A stretch of DNA of 52,841 bases from a virus (lineage: Duplodnaviria; Caudoviricetes): positions 1-52,841 of IMG/VR virus record IMGVR_UViG_3300033475_000031, one strand, 5' to 3'. Below, piece after piece: positions 35,697-44,884 of this stretch (position 1 is the stretch's first letter; each line of letters opens with the position of its first letter). The position numbers were made by a program, and so were the translations under genes. The notes below the pieces were generated by a model, which saw only the letters and a list, made by a program, of their open reading frames with translations, did no database searches and was not told the DNA's origin.

Positions 35697-38600
35697 ATGT
35701 CCTTCGTCACATCCCTGTTTGGCGGCGGCGGAGCCCAGTCTGGGTCGCAGGATAGCCAGCAGCCCGTTCAAGCGACTGGCATCGATATCCAGTCGTCGGT
35801 CTACGGCATCCCGATCCCGATCCTGATCGGCTCAACGCGCCATGCCGGCAACTTGATCGAGATAAACGGACTCGTCTCCTACGGCCAGTACTCCAACAGT
35901 GGCGGTGGCGGTGGTGGCAAGGGCTTTGGTGGCGCTGGCGGCGGACAGGTCACGCTGCAGGGCTACAATTACTATGCCAACGTCGCCTTTGGTCTGTGCG
36001 AAGGCCGGATCAACAATGTCTTTCGCGTTTGGCAGGACGATAGCAGCTACAACAACGGGACCAATGTCTATTGGGCTCCTGCTTCAGGCACGATCCCCAA
36101 CAACTACTTCTGGAGTTCTGAGGCCTATTCCGGCCTAGCCTACGTGTCGAATACCAGCTTTTTCCTCGGCTCGTCGCCCAACATTCCCAACATGAATTTC
36201 GAGACATCGAGTGTTCACTCAGGTCTCGCTTTCTATTCCAACATCGGCACGATCACGGACGGCTTTGGCGAGTACACCTATGCGTGGGGCGCGCTGATCA
36301 AGCAGGGCATGGTGCAGGGCTACGGCCTCTATGATGCCTACACCGTCATCGTCAACAACGGCTGGGCGACCGGCTTCACCAATCCGAATACCGCCTACGA
36401 TGCCGACCCGGCGATGGCTGTGGCCGACCTTCTTTGCAATCCGGTTTGGGGCGCAGGGTACCCGGCAGCGCATCTTGGTGCCCCGGCTCTACAAACGGAT
36501 TCGGCCACCATTCCCGGCGGCGCTCATCAGGTCACCACGAAGTACAGCCTCGCCTATGCCTACAACGTCAATGTGAAGAACACGACGACAGGTCAGCTGA
36601 TGACCTGCGTTGCCAGTTCACCCGCGACCGGCCAGTACTCGTTCAACGATACGACGGGGGTCTACACCTTTGCGGCAGCGGACGCGGGTAATACCGTGTC
36701 AATCCGCTACGCGTACAACACTGGCTTGGCGGAATTGAGTGTGTGGGCTTACGCCACCAGCATGTGGGTTAGCTGCTACTACGACTCCCAGACTACTACC
36801 TCATCCATTCTCGATGACCTGTGCAACGCCTTGCACGTCATCCCGGTCTACTCATCCGGCTTTCTCTACTTCAAGCCGATGGCCTTTTCGAATGCATCTG
36901 GGAATGGCTACACGTGGGCTGCCCCGGCCACGCCGCTCTACAATCTAACGGACGATGATTTCGTCAATCAGCAAGGGCACACGGCGAGCCAGTCCGGGCA
37001 AAGTAGTACCGATCCCTTGATCATGACGCGCTCGCGTCAGTCCGATCAGATCAATGATTTCCGTCTGGAGTGGTTGGATCGTCTGGGCAACCAGTACGCG
37101 CCGGCCATTGCTGAAGCCAAGGATCAGGCGAACATCGACGTATTCGGCTTGCGGCCCCCTCAGTCATTGACGACCCATTACTTCTGCAACGCTGCAGCGG
37201 CCTATAACTCTGCCGCGTTCATGGTGCAGGGCCAGCAGGTTCGCAACCAGTACAGCTACACCGTCGATGAGCGGTACTGCCTGCTCGACGTGATGGACCT
37301 GATCACGCTGACCGACAGCAACAACTCAGCCGTCACGGCTCAGCCTGTTCAGATCACCGAGGTCACCGAGAACGACGATGGCACGCTCAGCATGATCGCT
37401 GTCGAGTTCCCGCTCGGTGTCACGCAGGCTCCGCTCTTCACATTTCAGACCGGCTCAGGCACCCAGATCAACACGGGACAAGACCCGGGCTCGGTCAACA
37501 CCCCGATCGTCTTTGCTGCGCCAGTTGGCTACGCGCAAATCCAAGGCCTTGAGATGTGGGTTGCGGTCTCGGGCAGCGCGAGCCAGAACTGGGGTGGGGC
37601 TCACGCTTTCGCCAGCACCGACAACGCGACCTATAAGTACATCGGCCAGATCAACGTGCCGGCGCGCACAGGCCTGACCACTACCCTCCTGCCGGTTAAC
37701 AGCGATCCTGACACCAGCGACAGCGTCACCGTCAACCTCACGTCGTCGAATGGCCAGCTGGCCAGCGGCACGCAAAGCGATGCCGATCTTCTCAACACCC
37801 TGTGTCTGATCAGAGGTTCCAATGGAGATGAGTACATCTCCTACGAATCGGCGAGCTTGATCGGGGCCAATATCTATACGCTCGGCACCTATCTACGGCG
37901 CGGACAGCTCAACACCAACATCGTCTCTCATCCGGTCGGATCGCCCTTCATCCGCATCGATGTCAATTCGATCTTCCGGGTGCCGTACACGCCCAACCAG
38001 ATCGGCCAGACGATCTATATGAAGTTCACCAGCTTCAACACCTTCGGGGCTGGCGAGCAGAACATCGCGTCCGTCACGGCCTATCCGCTGGTCGTGCCTC
38101 AGCCGCCGCTACCGCCTAACGTCACGGGCTTCATCGTCCAGCAGTTCAATACGGCGGTCACCTTCAAGTGGAACGCGGTCAACTACCCGCTGATCGCTCT
38201 GTCGGGCTACTACATCGGCTTTGCTCCACAAGGTACTACCGACTGGTCGCAGTTCACCATGCTGACCATCGCTCAGGGCGGCGATGGTACCGAAATGACG
38301 AATGCCGATGTGCCCCCCGGCACATGGACGTTTGCCATCCGGGCGGCCAACATCGCCAATACCCCGGGCACGACCAACGGCCTGTCGCCCCTGATGACGA
38401 CGGCCGACCTCACGGTCCAGAACAACACCAACAACGTCTCCAACGTCGAGCAGTCGCCGGCTTGGGAAGGCATGACGGCGGGCTTTGCGCATGACGGCTT
38501 CAGCTCCCTGATCCCGCACGGCACAATCCCGGTCGGCGGCTATCCTGCACTGGCCTCTCCGCCGACGCCTACGCTTGCTTCCGTAGCCAGCGGCCTCGCC

Positions 38601-39434
38601 TTCGCCGCCACGGTGTTCTGCAAGATCACCTATGTCACGGCGTTCGGGGAAACGTTGCCGTCGAACGAGTCCAGCATCGCCATCACCTCGGGCCATGCCG
38701 TGCAGGTCACGAGTCCGCCCGCCTACAACAACGCGACGGGCTACAACATCTACCTTTCGACCACTACCGGGACCGAGACGCAGCAAAACGGTACGCCGAT
38801 CAACATCGGCACCAACTGGACGCAGTCCATCAACGTGTTCACGGGCGCATCGCAGCCGACCCACAACTCGACCGGCTTCGAGCCCTATGGTGATGACTTC
38901 GTGCCCAATGTCACGCCGCTTGCCTACTATATGCCGCCCACGGTCGATGCCGGCCTCGACCTGCAGCTGCGCATCTTCTTCACGTCGAGCGAGGTGCAGG
39001 GTCCGCTGCAAGGCGGCACGGCCGGCACAGGCATCAGCTACGGAGTCGATGCATGGACCAGCATCGGCAGCGACAGCGATGTCTTTCAGCCTTGGACCAT
39101 CGGCAGTGTGACGGCGCGCTACGTGCGCACGATGCTGCTCTATCAGCCGATCGTGCAAGATCAGGTGTCGGTGATCACCCAGTTCCTGCCATCGATCAAC
39201 GAGGTCACCTCGGAAGTCGACTCGCAGAACATCGCGATTGCGCCGGGCGGCACGACGGTGTCCTTCGGCCGCTCCTACGTCACGAAACCTTTCGTCACTG
39301 CCACGGTGGAGGCGGGCACCGCGCTCTTCGCGTCTGTTGTCTCGATCACCACGACGCAGTGCACGGTGCATGTCTGGAACACTTCGGGCGTCGATGTCGG
39401 CGGCACCGTCAATCTGCAGATCACAGGACAGTAA
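35697..39434 (+). CDS. Central tail fibre / megatron-like host specificity protein
   Basis: Q.S.YG.PIP...G..R..GN.I, A.GLCEG, YSGLAY, P..NFE, W.GA....S.D, RRGQ..T...H..G..F, fibronectin-like repeats. Confidence 0.88.
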   Translation: MSFVTSLFGGGGAQSGSQDSQQPVQATGIDIQSSVYGIPIPILIGSTRHAGNLIEINGLVSYGQYSNSGGGGGGKGFGGAGGGQVTLQGYNYYANVAFGLCEGRINNVFRVWQDDSSYNNGTNVYWAPASGTIPNNYFWSSEAYSGLAYVSNTSFFLGSSPNIPNMNFETSSVHSGLAFYSNIGTITDGFGEYTYAWGALIKQGMVQGYGLYDAYTVIVNNGWATGFTNPNTAYDADPAMAVADLLCNPVWGAGYPAAHLGAPALQTDSATIPGGAHQVTTKYSLAYAYNVNVKNTTTGQLMTCVASSPATGQYSFNDTTGVYTFAAADAGNTVSIRYAYNTGLAELSVWAYATSMWVSCYYDSQTTTSSILDDLCNALHVIPVYSSGFLYFKPMAFSNASGNGYTWAAPATPLYNLTDDDFVNQQGHTASQSGQSSTDPLIMTRSRQSDQINDFRLEWLDRLGNQYAPAIAEAKDQANIDVFGLRPPQSLTTHYFCNAAAAYNSAAFMVQGQQVRNQYSYTVDERYCLLDVMDLITLTDSNNSAVTAQPVQITEVTENDDGTLSMIAVEFPLGVTQAPLFTFQTGSGTQINTGQDPGSVNTPIVFAAPVGYAQIQGLEMWVAVSGSASQNWGGAHAFASTDNATYKYIGQINVPARTGLTTTLLPVNSDPDTSDSVTVNLTSSNGQLASGTQSDADLLNTLCLIRGSNGDEYISYESASLIGANIYTLGTYLRRGQLNTNIVSHPVGSPFIRIDVNSIFRVPYTPNQIGQTIYMKFTSFNTFGAGEQNIASVTAYPLVVPQPPLPPNVTGFIVQQFNTAVTFKWNAVNYPLIALSGYYIGFAPQGTTDWSQFTMLTIAQGGDGTEMTNADVPPGTWTFAIRAANIANTPGTTNGLSPLMTTADLTVQNNTNNVSNVEQSPAWEGMTAGFAHDGFSSLIPHGTIPVGGYPALASPPTPTLASVASGLAFAATVFCKITYVTAFGETLPSNESSIAITSGHAVQVTSPPAYNNATGYNIYLSTTTGTETQQNGTPINIGTNWTQSINVFTGASQPTHNSTGFEPYGDDFVPNVTPLAYYMPPTVDAGLDLQLRIFFTSSEVQGPLQGGTAGTGISYGVDAWTSIGSDSDVFQPWTIGSVTARYVRTMLLYQPIVQDQVSVITQFLPSINEVTSEVDSQNIAIAPGGTTVSFGRSYVTKPFVTATVEAGTALFASVVSITTTQCTVHVWNTSGVDVGGTVNLQITGQ

Positions 39435-39436
39435 AC

Positions 39437-40594
39437 ATGGCGACTGCTCAGGGTATTACTCCGCTTCCAAACCTCTTCTTCACCAAGAAGTCGGTTCAGG
39501 ACCCGACGACCTACGGCGTCAATATCGATGCGGCGGTCACGGCGATGGGACGCGTCGGCGGCAACTACATGCCGATGACATGGCCGGGCCAGTTCACGGC
39601 GTCCATGAGCATGATGGTCGGGCCGGGCCATTTCTACAACGGCACGTCGCTGTCAGAGTTCGGCGCGCGCACCACGGGTAATACCGCCAACGCCAGCGCG
39701 TCAGTATCGAGCGTCCAGAACACGACCGGCATCTTGGTCGGCATGATGGCCGTGATCTTCACCTTCACGGCGGTCACCTTCACTGCCAACACGACCAATG
39801 GTTCCAACTCACTCTCTTCGCCCAGCTCGACCACAGGCCTGTTCGTTGGCCAGTCGATCTATGGCCCGGGCATCCCGGCCGGCACGACGATCACAGCAAT
39901 CGGTGCGTCGGTCACGATCAGCAATAACGCGACCGCGACCGCGACCGGCGTCACCATCCAGAGCACAGGCTTTGCGCCTTGCGTGCCGTTCAACACGATC
40001 GTGACGGCGGTCACCGCGACCTCGATCACGCTCAGCCAGAACGCCACGGCCACGGTGACGGGCGCATACATCTGGATTTGCCAGCCGGTTGGGACACGCA
40101 CCACGGGTAATACCACGAACGCCTCCTCGACAGTGACCAACCTGCCGAGCACGCAGGGTGTGTTCGTCGGCATGAACATCGCAGGCACGAACATCCCATC
40201 AAACACCACAGTGGCGGCAATCCTCAGCAGCACCTCGATTCAGCTGAGTGCCAACGCGTCGGGACCCGGTACCGGCACGGTGCTGACTGTGACCTTACCA
40301 GCCCCATCAGCCAACAGCCGCATCGATCTAGTGACGGTCAATGCGCTGACCGGGCTCATCAACTGGGTGGAGGGTGTGCAGGCCGCGACGCCGTCCCCGC
40401 CCGCGCTGCCTGCCGGGCAACTACCCTGTGCGATGATTTTCATGACCAGCTCCCAGACCTCGATCGGCACGACGGATATCTCTGACGTGCGTGACCTCGG
40501 TGCCATGGGACTGGCCAACGGTGCCTATACATCCTTGAACCAAGTGTCGGCGGTCGGCCTTGCAATTCGAATGGGTGCCAACCTCGGGGGATAG
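39437..40594 (+). CDS. Tail fibre with three Thr-rich beta repeats
   Basis: AGGA RBS, ATG 39437; repeats TGNT.N.S......T.G..VG..I.G..IP..T.V; AP..NSRIDLV motif. Confidence 0.75.
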   Translation: MATAQGITPLPNLFFTKKSVQDPTTYGVNIDAAVTAMGRVGGNYMPMTWPGQFTASMSMMVGPGHFYNGTSLSEFGARTTGNTANASASVSSVQNTTGILVGMMAVIFTFTAVTFTANTTNGSNSLSSPSSTTGLFVGQSIYGPGIPAGTTITAIGASVTISNNATATATGVTIQSTGFAPCVPFNTIVTAVTATSITLSQNATATVTGAYIWICQPVGTRTTGNTTNASSTVTNLPSTQGVFVGMNIAGTNIPSNTTVAAILSSTSIQLSANASGPGTGTVLTVTLPAPSANSRIDLVTVNALTGLINWVEGVQAATPSPPALPAGQLPCAMIFMTSSQTSIGTTDISDVRDLGAMGLANGAYTSLNQVSAVGLAIRMGANLGG

Positions 40595-40596
40595 TC

Positions 40597-41091
40597 ATGC
40601 TCAACATCAAGCAGGTTCGCGATCTCATCATCATGCCGGTGCTGCGCACGCTCGACCTGCCGTCCGATCGGCCGACCAATGGCGTGGCCGCGTGCGAATT
40701 GCTGATGGGCACGGCGATGCAGGAGAGCCGCTTCGAAGCGCTGCACCAGTACGGTGGCGGACCGGCGCTCGGGCTGTGGCAGATGGAGCCAGCGACCGCG
40801 ACCTACAACTGGACTTGGTTGAACACCAAGGCGGACATCAAGGCCTCGGTCATGAAGTTTGTGACTGGCCAGAACTGGAACGATCAGCTGGTTGGCAATC
40901 TATATCTCGCCTGCGCGCTTGCTCGCATCGACTATTACCGTCAACCCGACCCGCTGCCAGCGGCCGGTGATCTCCCAGCGCAGGCCGCCTACTACAAAAA
41001 ATTTTACAACACGCCAGCCGGCGCGGCGACGGTCGAGGAATACATCACCTACTGGGGCATCATGCAGAACGCCATGGCGCATCAAGCGTAG
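40597..41091 (+). CDS. Endolysin, lysozyme/transglycosylase-like
   Basis: LLMGTAMQES, GPALG.WQMEPAT, AR..Y.R...PLP, A.YYK..YNT..G. Confidence 0.8.
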   Translation: MLNIKQVRDLIIMPVLRTLDLPSDRPTNGVAACELLMGTAMQESRFEALHQYGGGPALGLWQMEPATATYNWTWLNTKADIKASVMKFVTGQNWNDQLVGNLYLACALARIDYYRQPDPLPAAGDLPAQAAYYKKFYNTPAGAATVEEYITYWGIMQNAMAHQA

Positions 41092-41120
41092 AGTACTACC
41101 CCCTCCAAAAGGAAGTTAAA

Positions 41121-41453
41121 ATGAATAACGATATCGTCAAGTCAGTTGCCACTTCGGTGGTCATGTCCGTGCTAGGCACGGTAGGCGCTTGGTTGGTCAA
41201 CAACGGCATTGTCACGTCCGATGACTGGTCCAAGGCGGTGCCGGGCATCGCCATGCTGATCGTCGCCATCGCGCTCGCGGCATGGAAGGCCCTGCAGCAC
41301 ACCGATGCGGCCAAGGTCGACAACATGAAGGACGTGACAGGTACGACCGTCGTGGTCGACATGAAAACGGCAGCGCCGGCTGTCCAGCAGCTGGCGAATG
41401 ATCCCGCCGTCAAGCATGTCGAGCCCGCGCCTTCCGCTCAACCTGCTCAGTAG
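41121..41453 (+). CDS. Holin-like membrane protein with 2 TM segments
   Basis: Directly after the endolysin; two hydrophobic helices. Confidence 0.65.
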   Translation: MNNDIVKSVATSVVMSVLGTVGAWLVNNGIVTSDDWSKAVPGIAMLIVAIALAAWKALQHTDAAKVDNMKDVTGTTVVVDMKTAAPAVQQLANDPAVKHVEPAPSAQPAQ

Positions 41454-41592
41454 CATCATCCTCGCGCTGGCCCTCAGCGGCTGCTTGAAGGGAGTTCCCT
41501 ACGGCATCGCTGTGCCAGCGCGAGGTGTCTACCCATCAGGCTCACTGAACGGCGAGCCGACGCAGATCGTCGGCTGGAAATTCTACTTTTGA
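41416..41592 (+). CDS. Small lipoprotein
   Basis: IILALALSG-C lipobox; overlaps the holin 3' end. Confidence 0.45.
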   Translation: MSSPRLPLNLLSSIILALALSGCLKGVPYGIAVPARGVYPSGSLNGEPTQIVGWKFYF

Positions 41593-41602
41593 GGAGAATG
41601 GT

Positions 41603-42412
41603 ATGCCTTTCGATGGCGTGAAGCGCAGCTACGGATGCTTGCGCGACGTGAAGGACCTGCTCAACGACTGGCAAGCGGCAGACCATCCTCAGCTGTTCAA
41701 GGCTGCGCACCTTCCCGACGTGATGACCGAGCAGGAGCAATGGCTTGGCCCGGCGCTCGATCAAGGCATCGAAGGCAGCTGCACGGCGCATGGGCCGGGA
41801 TGTGGCGCGCACATCCTGATCAACAAGCGCCACACCACCTACGACTTCGCCATGTCGATGAACTTCCAGTACTTCAACGCACGTTGGTTGGAAGGCACCA
41901 TCAAGTCGGATAGCGGGGCCCAGATACGAAACGCCATCAAGGCGATGAACAAGTACGGCATCTGTAGCGACGAGCTGTGGCCCTACGATCCCAAGACGAT
42001 GTTCAACAAGCCGACGCCTGAGGCGTACATCGATGCGCTTCAGTACAAGGTGCTCGACTACTACCGCGTGAGCGTCGACCAGAACGCGATCAAGCAGGTG
42101 ATCGCCTCGGGCTATCCGCTGGTGATCGGTATCTCGATCTACGAGAGCTTTGAATCCCCTCAGACTGCCGAGAGTGGCGTCGTGCCTCTGCCGCAGAAAG
42201 GCGAGGACCTGATGGGCGGCCACTGTATGTGTGTCTACGGCTACGATCAGGAGGGCGCACACGTGCGCAACAGCTGGGGCCCGGCATGGGGCAAGAACGG
42301 CAGCTGCCTGATCCCATGGAACTATATCGCCAATCCACAATTCGGCAGCGACTACTGGGCACTCCGGGTTTTTGGTAGCGATGCTGAGCTGAAAGCTGGT
42401 ACTGCTGCTTGA
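41603..42412 (+). CDS. Papain-like cysteine peptidase (C1A)
   Basis: DQG..GSC, GGHCM...GYD, VRNSWG..WG..G. Confidence 0.92.
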   Translation: MPFDGVKRSYGCLRDVKDLLNDWQAADHPQLFKAAHLPDVMTEQEQWLGPALDQGIEGSCTAHGPGCGAHILINKRHTTYDFAMSMNFQYFNARWLEGTIKSDSGAQIRNAIKAMNKYGICSDELWPYDPKTMFNKPTPEAYIDALQYKVLDYYRVSVDQNAIKQVIASGYPLVIGISIYESFESPQTAESGVVPLPQKGEDLMGGHCMCVYGYDQEGAHVRNSWGPAWGKNGSCLIPWNYIANPQFGSDYWALRVFGSDAELKAGTAA

Positions 42413-42936
42413 TGCCTGAATGGATTAATTTGACCGGCCAAAGATATGGTTGGTGGATCGTGCTTAGGCACAGTCATGATCGTAGTTGGCTGTGTCGCTG
42501 CTGTTGCGGTGTGAAGAAAATAGTCACAGCGCCGAATCTGAGAAATGGCATGAGCACCAAGTGCAGAACTTGCTCTAATCAAATTGGCAAGTTCACTCAA
42601 ACGCATGGAATGTCTTGGAGCAGGATTTACCGTTGCTGGGCTGGAGTGATTCAGCGTTGTACCAATCCTAAGTTTCATAGTTTTGGAAACTATGGAGGCA
42701 GAGGTATTACTGTATGTGATCGCTGGCGTAATTCTTTTGAGAATTTCTATGCTGACGTAGGCGACCCACCTACTACTAAGCATACGCTCGATCGCATCAA
42801 CAATGACGGGAATTATGAGCCCGGCAACGTACGTTGGGCGACACGCAAGCAGCAGGCAAACAATCGTCGGCCGCGTCGTCGACGGAACCCAATCGGCAGC
42901 ATTACTGACGCCGAGAAGAAGGCCGGCACGGCCTAA
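42412..42936 (+). mobile_element. HNH-type homing endonuclease gene
   Basis: LTGQRYG, WLCRC.CG, HGMS, QRC.NP....Y.NYGGRGITVC.RW..SFENF, TLDRINNDGNYEPGNVRWAT; AT-rich. Confidence 0.88.
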
Positions 42937-42958
42937 CGATCAACACAGGAGATAGGAT

Positions 42959-43474
42959 ATGAATCGTCGTACCTTGGTGGCAGGCTTGCTTGCCACGACA
43001 GCGCTGACAGCGTGCGCCACCACGCTCGACACCAACATGAAGAACGCGGCCTTGGATGCCAAGATTCTGGCCGATGGCTTGGCCGGAATTCAGACGCAGC
43101 TCGGCATGCTCAACATCCCGGCGCTGACGCCGGCCGTCATGAACACGGTCTCGGATGTCGTGAAGGGCGTGCAGGCCGAAGCGGCGGCCATGCTCAACTA
43201 CACCGCGACCAAGTCCTCGATCACAAGCGACGTGCAGAACATCGAGGGCTACGTGAACCAGTTCTTCGGGGCCATCACCCCGGCTGTGCTCGCGTTGATC
43301 CCACCGCCGATCAGTACGGCGATCACGGCCATTGCCGTGCTGCTGCCGGTGATCGAGGCGGCGGTCAACCTGATCCTGCCGCAGGCAAGCCGCACGGCGG
43401 CCATCCGCAACGGCACGACCATGAATGTGGGCGAGGCGCGGCTGCAGCTCCGCATGGCAGCGCTCAGCAAGTAG
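42959..43474 (+). CDS. Lipoprotein with twin-Arg-like signal
   Basis: MNRRTLVAGLLATTALTA-C; AGGA RBS. Confidence 0.75.
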   Translation: MNRRTLVAGLLATTALTACATTLDTNMKNAALDAKILADGLAGIQTQLGMLNIPALTPAVMNTVSDVVKGVQAEAAAMLNYTATKSSITSDVQNIEGYVNQFFGAITPAVLALIPPPISTAITAIAVLLPVIEAAVNLILPQASRTAAIRNGTTMNVGEARLQLRMAALSK

Positions 43475-43481
43475 TAAGCTC

Positions 43482-43661
43482 ATGCTCGACTGGTTAATCG
43501 ATCTCGTCCTCGGGCTATTTGGGCTCCAGCGCAAGCCGGCGGCCAAGCCCGAGGATGTTGGGCTGAGGGAGGTCCACGATGCCAATGAGGCAGCCAAGAA
43601 AGTCGAGCAGGAAAATGCTCGCCCTGTCATCAAGCGTGATCCTAACGATCTCGATGCTTAG
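43482..43661 (+). CDS. Small membrane-anchored protein (i-spanin-like)
   Basis: N-terminal hydrophobic segment, charged helix, overlapped by a downstream lipoprotein gene. Confidence 0.5.
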   Translation: MLDWLIDLVLGLFGLQRKPAAKPEDVGLREVHDANEAAKKVEQENARPVIKRDPNDLDA

Positions 43662-43902
43662 CGCTTGCACGGTCAACACGGGTGGGGTCAGTCACGAGCC
43701 CTTCGTCCCGCCCGGGCCGCCAGCTACGGAAGCCGCTCGGGGCATCTGCGAGGCCCTGCGTCCTGAGTTCCCCATCCCCTTTCACGGCGGGCGACTGGCC
43801 AAGGGCAGGGAGTATGGCGAGGCCGACCCGGCCGCCGACCGGGCCGACACGGTGCTGCGCATCAAGCGGGTAAATGCCCGCTATGATGCAATTTGCAGTT
43901 AA
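43615..43902 (+). CDS. Lipoprotein (o-spanin-like)
   Basis: VILTISMLSA-C lipobox, Pro-rich, C-terminal N..Y.A.C. Confidence 0.6.
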   Translation: MLALSSSVILTISMLSACTVNTGGVSHEPFVPPGPPATEAARGICEALRPEFPIPFHGGRLAKGREYGEADPAADRADTVLRIKRVNARYDAICS

Positions 43903-43909
43903 GACCCTC

Positions 43910-43961
43910 TTGAAATAGGGTACTACCGTACCTACCCTTGGGTAAGGGTAGTACCCTTACC
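43910..43961 (+). promoter_or_regulatory. Sigma70-like promoter with two GTA-N-TAC operator copies
   Basis: TTGAAA-17-TACCCT, GGGTACTACC in the spacer, then GGTAAGGGTA-G-TACCCTTACC inverted repeat abutting the AGGAGG RBS. Confidence 0.7.
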
Positions 43962-43976
43962 AAGGAGGTCAACTAA

Positions 43977-44324
43977 ATGAGACGCAGATTTCTACTTGCC
44001 GGGCTGGCCGCGCTGGCGATCACCGGCTGTACGGCCCGAAGCGGAAACGAGTTCCATGCGGACAAGGCCGAGCAACTGGTGCCCGGCAGGACCACGCTGA
44101 CTGAGGCCCGGCAGATCATCGGCCAACCGACTGGCTATGGGGCGACTGGTGAAGGTGGCAAGGTCGTGGTGTGGCAATACACTCATGCGACGGTCATGCC
44201 CATCGTTCCCTTCGTAAATGGGGGCCACGGTAATACCTTGGCTATCCAGTTCGACAAGAACGATGTGATGGTGCGGATCGTGAGCCAGCATGGCGTAACG
44301 TCGGGCATCATCGATCAAAAGTGA
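43977..44324 (+). CDS. SmpA/OmlA(BamE)-like outer membrane lipoprotein (moron)
   Basis: AITG-C lipobox, L.PG.TT..E....G.P, W.Y, L.I.FD...V. Confidence 0.75.
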   Translation: MRRRFLLAGLAALAITGCTARSGNEFHADKAEQLVPGRTTLTEARQIIGQPTGYGATGEGGKVVVWQYTHATVMPIVPFVNGGHGNTLAIQFDKNDVMVRIVSQHGVTSGIIDQK

Positions 44325-44329
44325 CGATC

Positions 44330-44734
44330 ATGAAACGCAGGTTCTGGATCGCCCTTGCCGCCTTCGTCGTTGTAGCTTCCGTAGTTGGCTGGGGGCTCGA
44401 CATCCGCTCGTTCGGCCATTCCTTCAACATCGATGCGGCCGACGAACTGGTGCCGGCCAAAACGACCTACAACGAGGCGGTGGATTTGATCGGATATCCG
44501 GTCAAATACGAGCGTTTCGGAACGTTTAGGGAGCGCAGGAGTGCTAACTGGTCCCATCTACTCCAAGTCTCTTTCTTCCACATCAACCTCTACTACCGCA
44601 CCAAGCTTCTCATTGTTTTCTTCGACAGTTCTAACGTGATGGACTTGGTCGCCCCAGCGACCGAGGTGAGGACTCTAAGCATTCTCGATGGCAACAAGGA
44701 GCATGTCATACAGAACGGCTTCAATAAGCCTTGA
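44330..44734 (+). CDS. Membrane-anchored paralogue of the preceding BamE-like protein
   Basis: F..D.A..LVP..TT..EA...IG.P shared with 43977-44324; TM anchor without lipobox. Confidence 0.7.
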   Translation: MKRRFWIALAAFVVVASVVGWGLDIRSFGHSFNIDAADELVPAKTTYNEAVDLIGYPVKYERFGTFRERRSANWSHLLQVSFFHINLYYRTKLLIVFFDSSNVMDLVAPATEVRTLSILDGNKEHVIQNGFNKP

Positions 44735-44760
44735 GGCCCGATCCCTAGCTACGGAAGCAG

Positions 44761-44789
44761 AAACCCCCGGCATCGGCCGGGGGTTTTTT
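44761..44789. terminator. Bidirectional Rho-independent terminator between convergent blocks
   Basis: AAACCCCCGGC-ATCG-GCCGGGGGTTTTTT. Confidence 0.88.
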
Positions 44790-44884
44790 CGTTTCAGGGG
44801 AATAAAGTACCGGGACGACTACTACTCCTCGGGGGAGATACGTTGAGGTTGGTGTGAGCCGTCCCGGGCGCTGGCAAATGGCGA

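Noticed and set aside
32848-39434. Gene transfer agent cluster
   Set aside because: The tail tip is RcGTA-like, but the head module, long tape measure, homing endonucleases and early region indicate a true phage.
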